A stretch of DNA of 64,000 nt, taken from positions 62,001 through 126,000 of the forward strand of contig JAPEUD010000053.1 in NCBI GenBank assembly GCA_026026165.1. Direction: 5' to 3'. Origin of the DNA: Sarea resinae (Eukaryota). The translations under genes were made by a program, and so were the position numbers. Below are positions 62,328 to 64,000 of this stretch, in pieces. The stretch's first letter is position 1; every line of letters begins with the position of its first letter. The notes below the pieces were generated by a model. The model did no database searches, was not told the origin of the DNA, and saw only the letters and a program-made list of their open reading frames with translations.

Positions 62328-62990
62328 TGTGGATTGGGAATTTGGTATCTATGGACATGTTAGACTTCCTGGTAAAACGGGCTTCAATGTTATTCAGAGC
62401 GAAAAACTTTACGTCCAAATCGAAACAGATCCTCGATGCATGTTGCAGACATATGAAACTTTTGTGCAATAGAGAGAGCGCGCATAAAGCGTCCAATTCC
62501 AGAAACTATACAAATCCTCCAAGGTCACATAATTGCAATGAAAACAGCAAGCATGATTTCAATTTGAATGTGAAAGATTGCACAACGGTGCTTTGACTAC
62601 CCGAGTGATAATGGAATATGGTTCCCTTGGCATGGTTGGACACAAAAAATATCACACGGAGGTAACCGGAGAAGGAGAAGAATGACCATTTAGGACGATG
62701 AAAAGAGGGAAACACCAAGAACGAGTCTCACCTCTTGACAATATATAGTTCGAGGCTATATTATCCAAGACCGTGTCGTGCCGGCTCATTCAAACCCGTG
62801 GCAGAAGAGATGGAAAATATGAAGAAAAATTTGGTGTTGAGCAGGTCAATGACTCGAATGATCGCATTTAGAATATCTCAAACCTATCGGCAAATTCCGC
62901 CACGACATCACCAGCCCGTCGCCAAATATCAACACCATAAAACGTAGCTTCTTGCCGGGTTCCCTCCATTTACCACGAGACACAGTCAAA

Positions 62991-63500
62991 ATGGCGGAAC
63001 CACAACCCTCACAGGTCCACGAAGGCGCCACCGGCCCCCGCGCCGCCGAAATCGAAGAAGGCGACGCGGCACAGCCTAAGTCCGCGGAAGATCGCAAAAC
63101 GGCGGCGGCGCTCTCTTCACTTGACGCCCGTGGGGACGACGATGCCGCTACGGGCAAGGAGATCGATACGGAGGCGCTAGGCAAAGCGATGAAGATTCTA
63201 GATGTTGGCGGAAAGGCGGCCAGCGTGAAGAAGACCGTAAAGGATGAAGGAAAGGAGAAGGAGGAGAAGAGAAAAGCTGCGATTAAGGTCAAGGCCGAGG
63301 ATGTGGGGTTTTTGGTAAGTCTGGCGGTTGGAAAGGGAGCCTGGGGGGCAGAGTGGAAAGCAGTCAGAGTACTAATCATCTGTTTCGCTCTTCAGGTCGA
63401 GGAATTGGAATTAACAAAGGCAAAGGCGACTGATCTGTTGAGGGCGAACGATGGGGAGACGGTCAAGGCCCTCAAGGCATTCGTCGCCGCATCTGCTTGA
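62991..63500 (+). CDS. HYPK-like (NAC-associated, UBA-like C-terminus) small protein; 2 exons (62991-63314, 63396-63500)
   Basis: MAEPQP..KSAEDRKTAAALSSLD..ALGKAM..IKVKAEDVGFL|VEELELTKAKATDLLRANDG. Confidence 0.8.
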   Translation: MAEPQPSQVHEGATGPRAAEIEEGDAAQPKSAEDRKTAAALSSLDARGDDDAATGKEIDTEALGKAMKILDVGGKAASVKKTVKDEGKEKEEKRKAAIKVKAEDVGFLVSLAVGKGAWGAEWKAVRVLIICFALQVEELELTKAKATDLLRANDGETVKALKAFVAASA

Positions 63501-64000
63501 AGTTGTGGCATCTGCATCACCGAATTTGTCGCATGAATAGGCGCTCTTGCTGGTAATTCTCCATTCTCAAAGGCTTCGACTTCTCGGCACAGGCCTATAA
63601 AGTCGCACGGGTCTGAGCCGAGCTTCCAGAGTGATCCTTGATCTACTACCACCATCTTCACTCGAGCCCCACCCATATCATATGAGCAGAAGTCTTGCAT
63701 AATCATGCTGTCCTTCCCCAAATAAAGATTTCTCTGCATTTACCAGAGGCCTTGGATTCGGTCGCGCCTCGCAGGCATGCTTGGAGACAAGAGCTAGAAA
63801 AACCCTTGGCCTTCGGCACTTGAACGTGTGCCTCGCAAAAGCCGTGTCTTGTCCACTCCCTGGGACGTTGTACGAAGTACAGATTCCGTGGTCACGGAGC
63901 TACAATGGCTAGATATTGCAGCCTCGTGGCGGGCAGAGCACGCGCTCGTAGTCAACTCGCGTCGCCTTTGAAGCCAGGAGAGCATCTCCTGTGCAGTTCC

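Noticed and set aside
63500..64000. Minus-strand ORFs at the window end
   Set aside because: Short, no recognisable domain or consistent splice structure within the window

Overview
Gene-dense segment of a filamentous ascomycete (Pezizomycotina) genome; the species cannot be determined from this window. It has short spliceosomal introns with CTRAC-type branch sites and about 22 protein-coding genes. These include a DUF1769 protein, LYS12, MRPS8, an F-box/FBXO31-like protein, KGD4/YMR31, UGA2 (SSADH), a GH36 Sip1-like enzyme, MSY1, an amidase, SWP1, a DUF3020 protein, a GH92 mannosidase, a cytochrome b5-acyl-CoA dehydrogenase, a histidine acid phosphatase, SPT5, a class II DAHP synthase, a HYPK-like protein and several hypotheticals. 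I recognised no tRNA, rRNA, intact transposon or CRISPR array. Four observations stand out. (1) An intronless ~850-aa gene ends in a bacterial HicA-like (RNA interferase toxin) domain and has no antitoxin neighbour. (2) TpA-rich (RIP-like) microsatellite islands sit between convergent gene ends, and the flanking genes show rising GC, longer introns and low-complexity tails toward them. (3) Two GC-AG introns share the donor G|GCATGT, and one of them reveals a gene the ORF track misses. (4) There is a probable decayed F-box gene. All exon structures were derived by eye, family names come from recalled motifs, and no database search was run.
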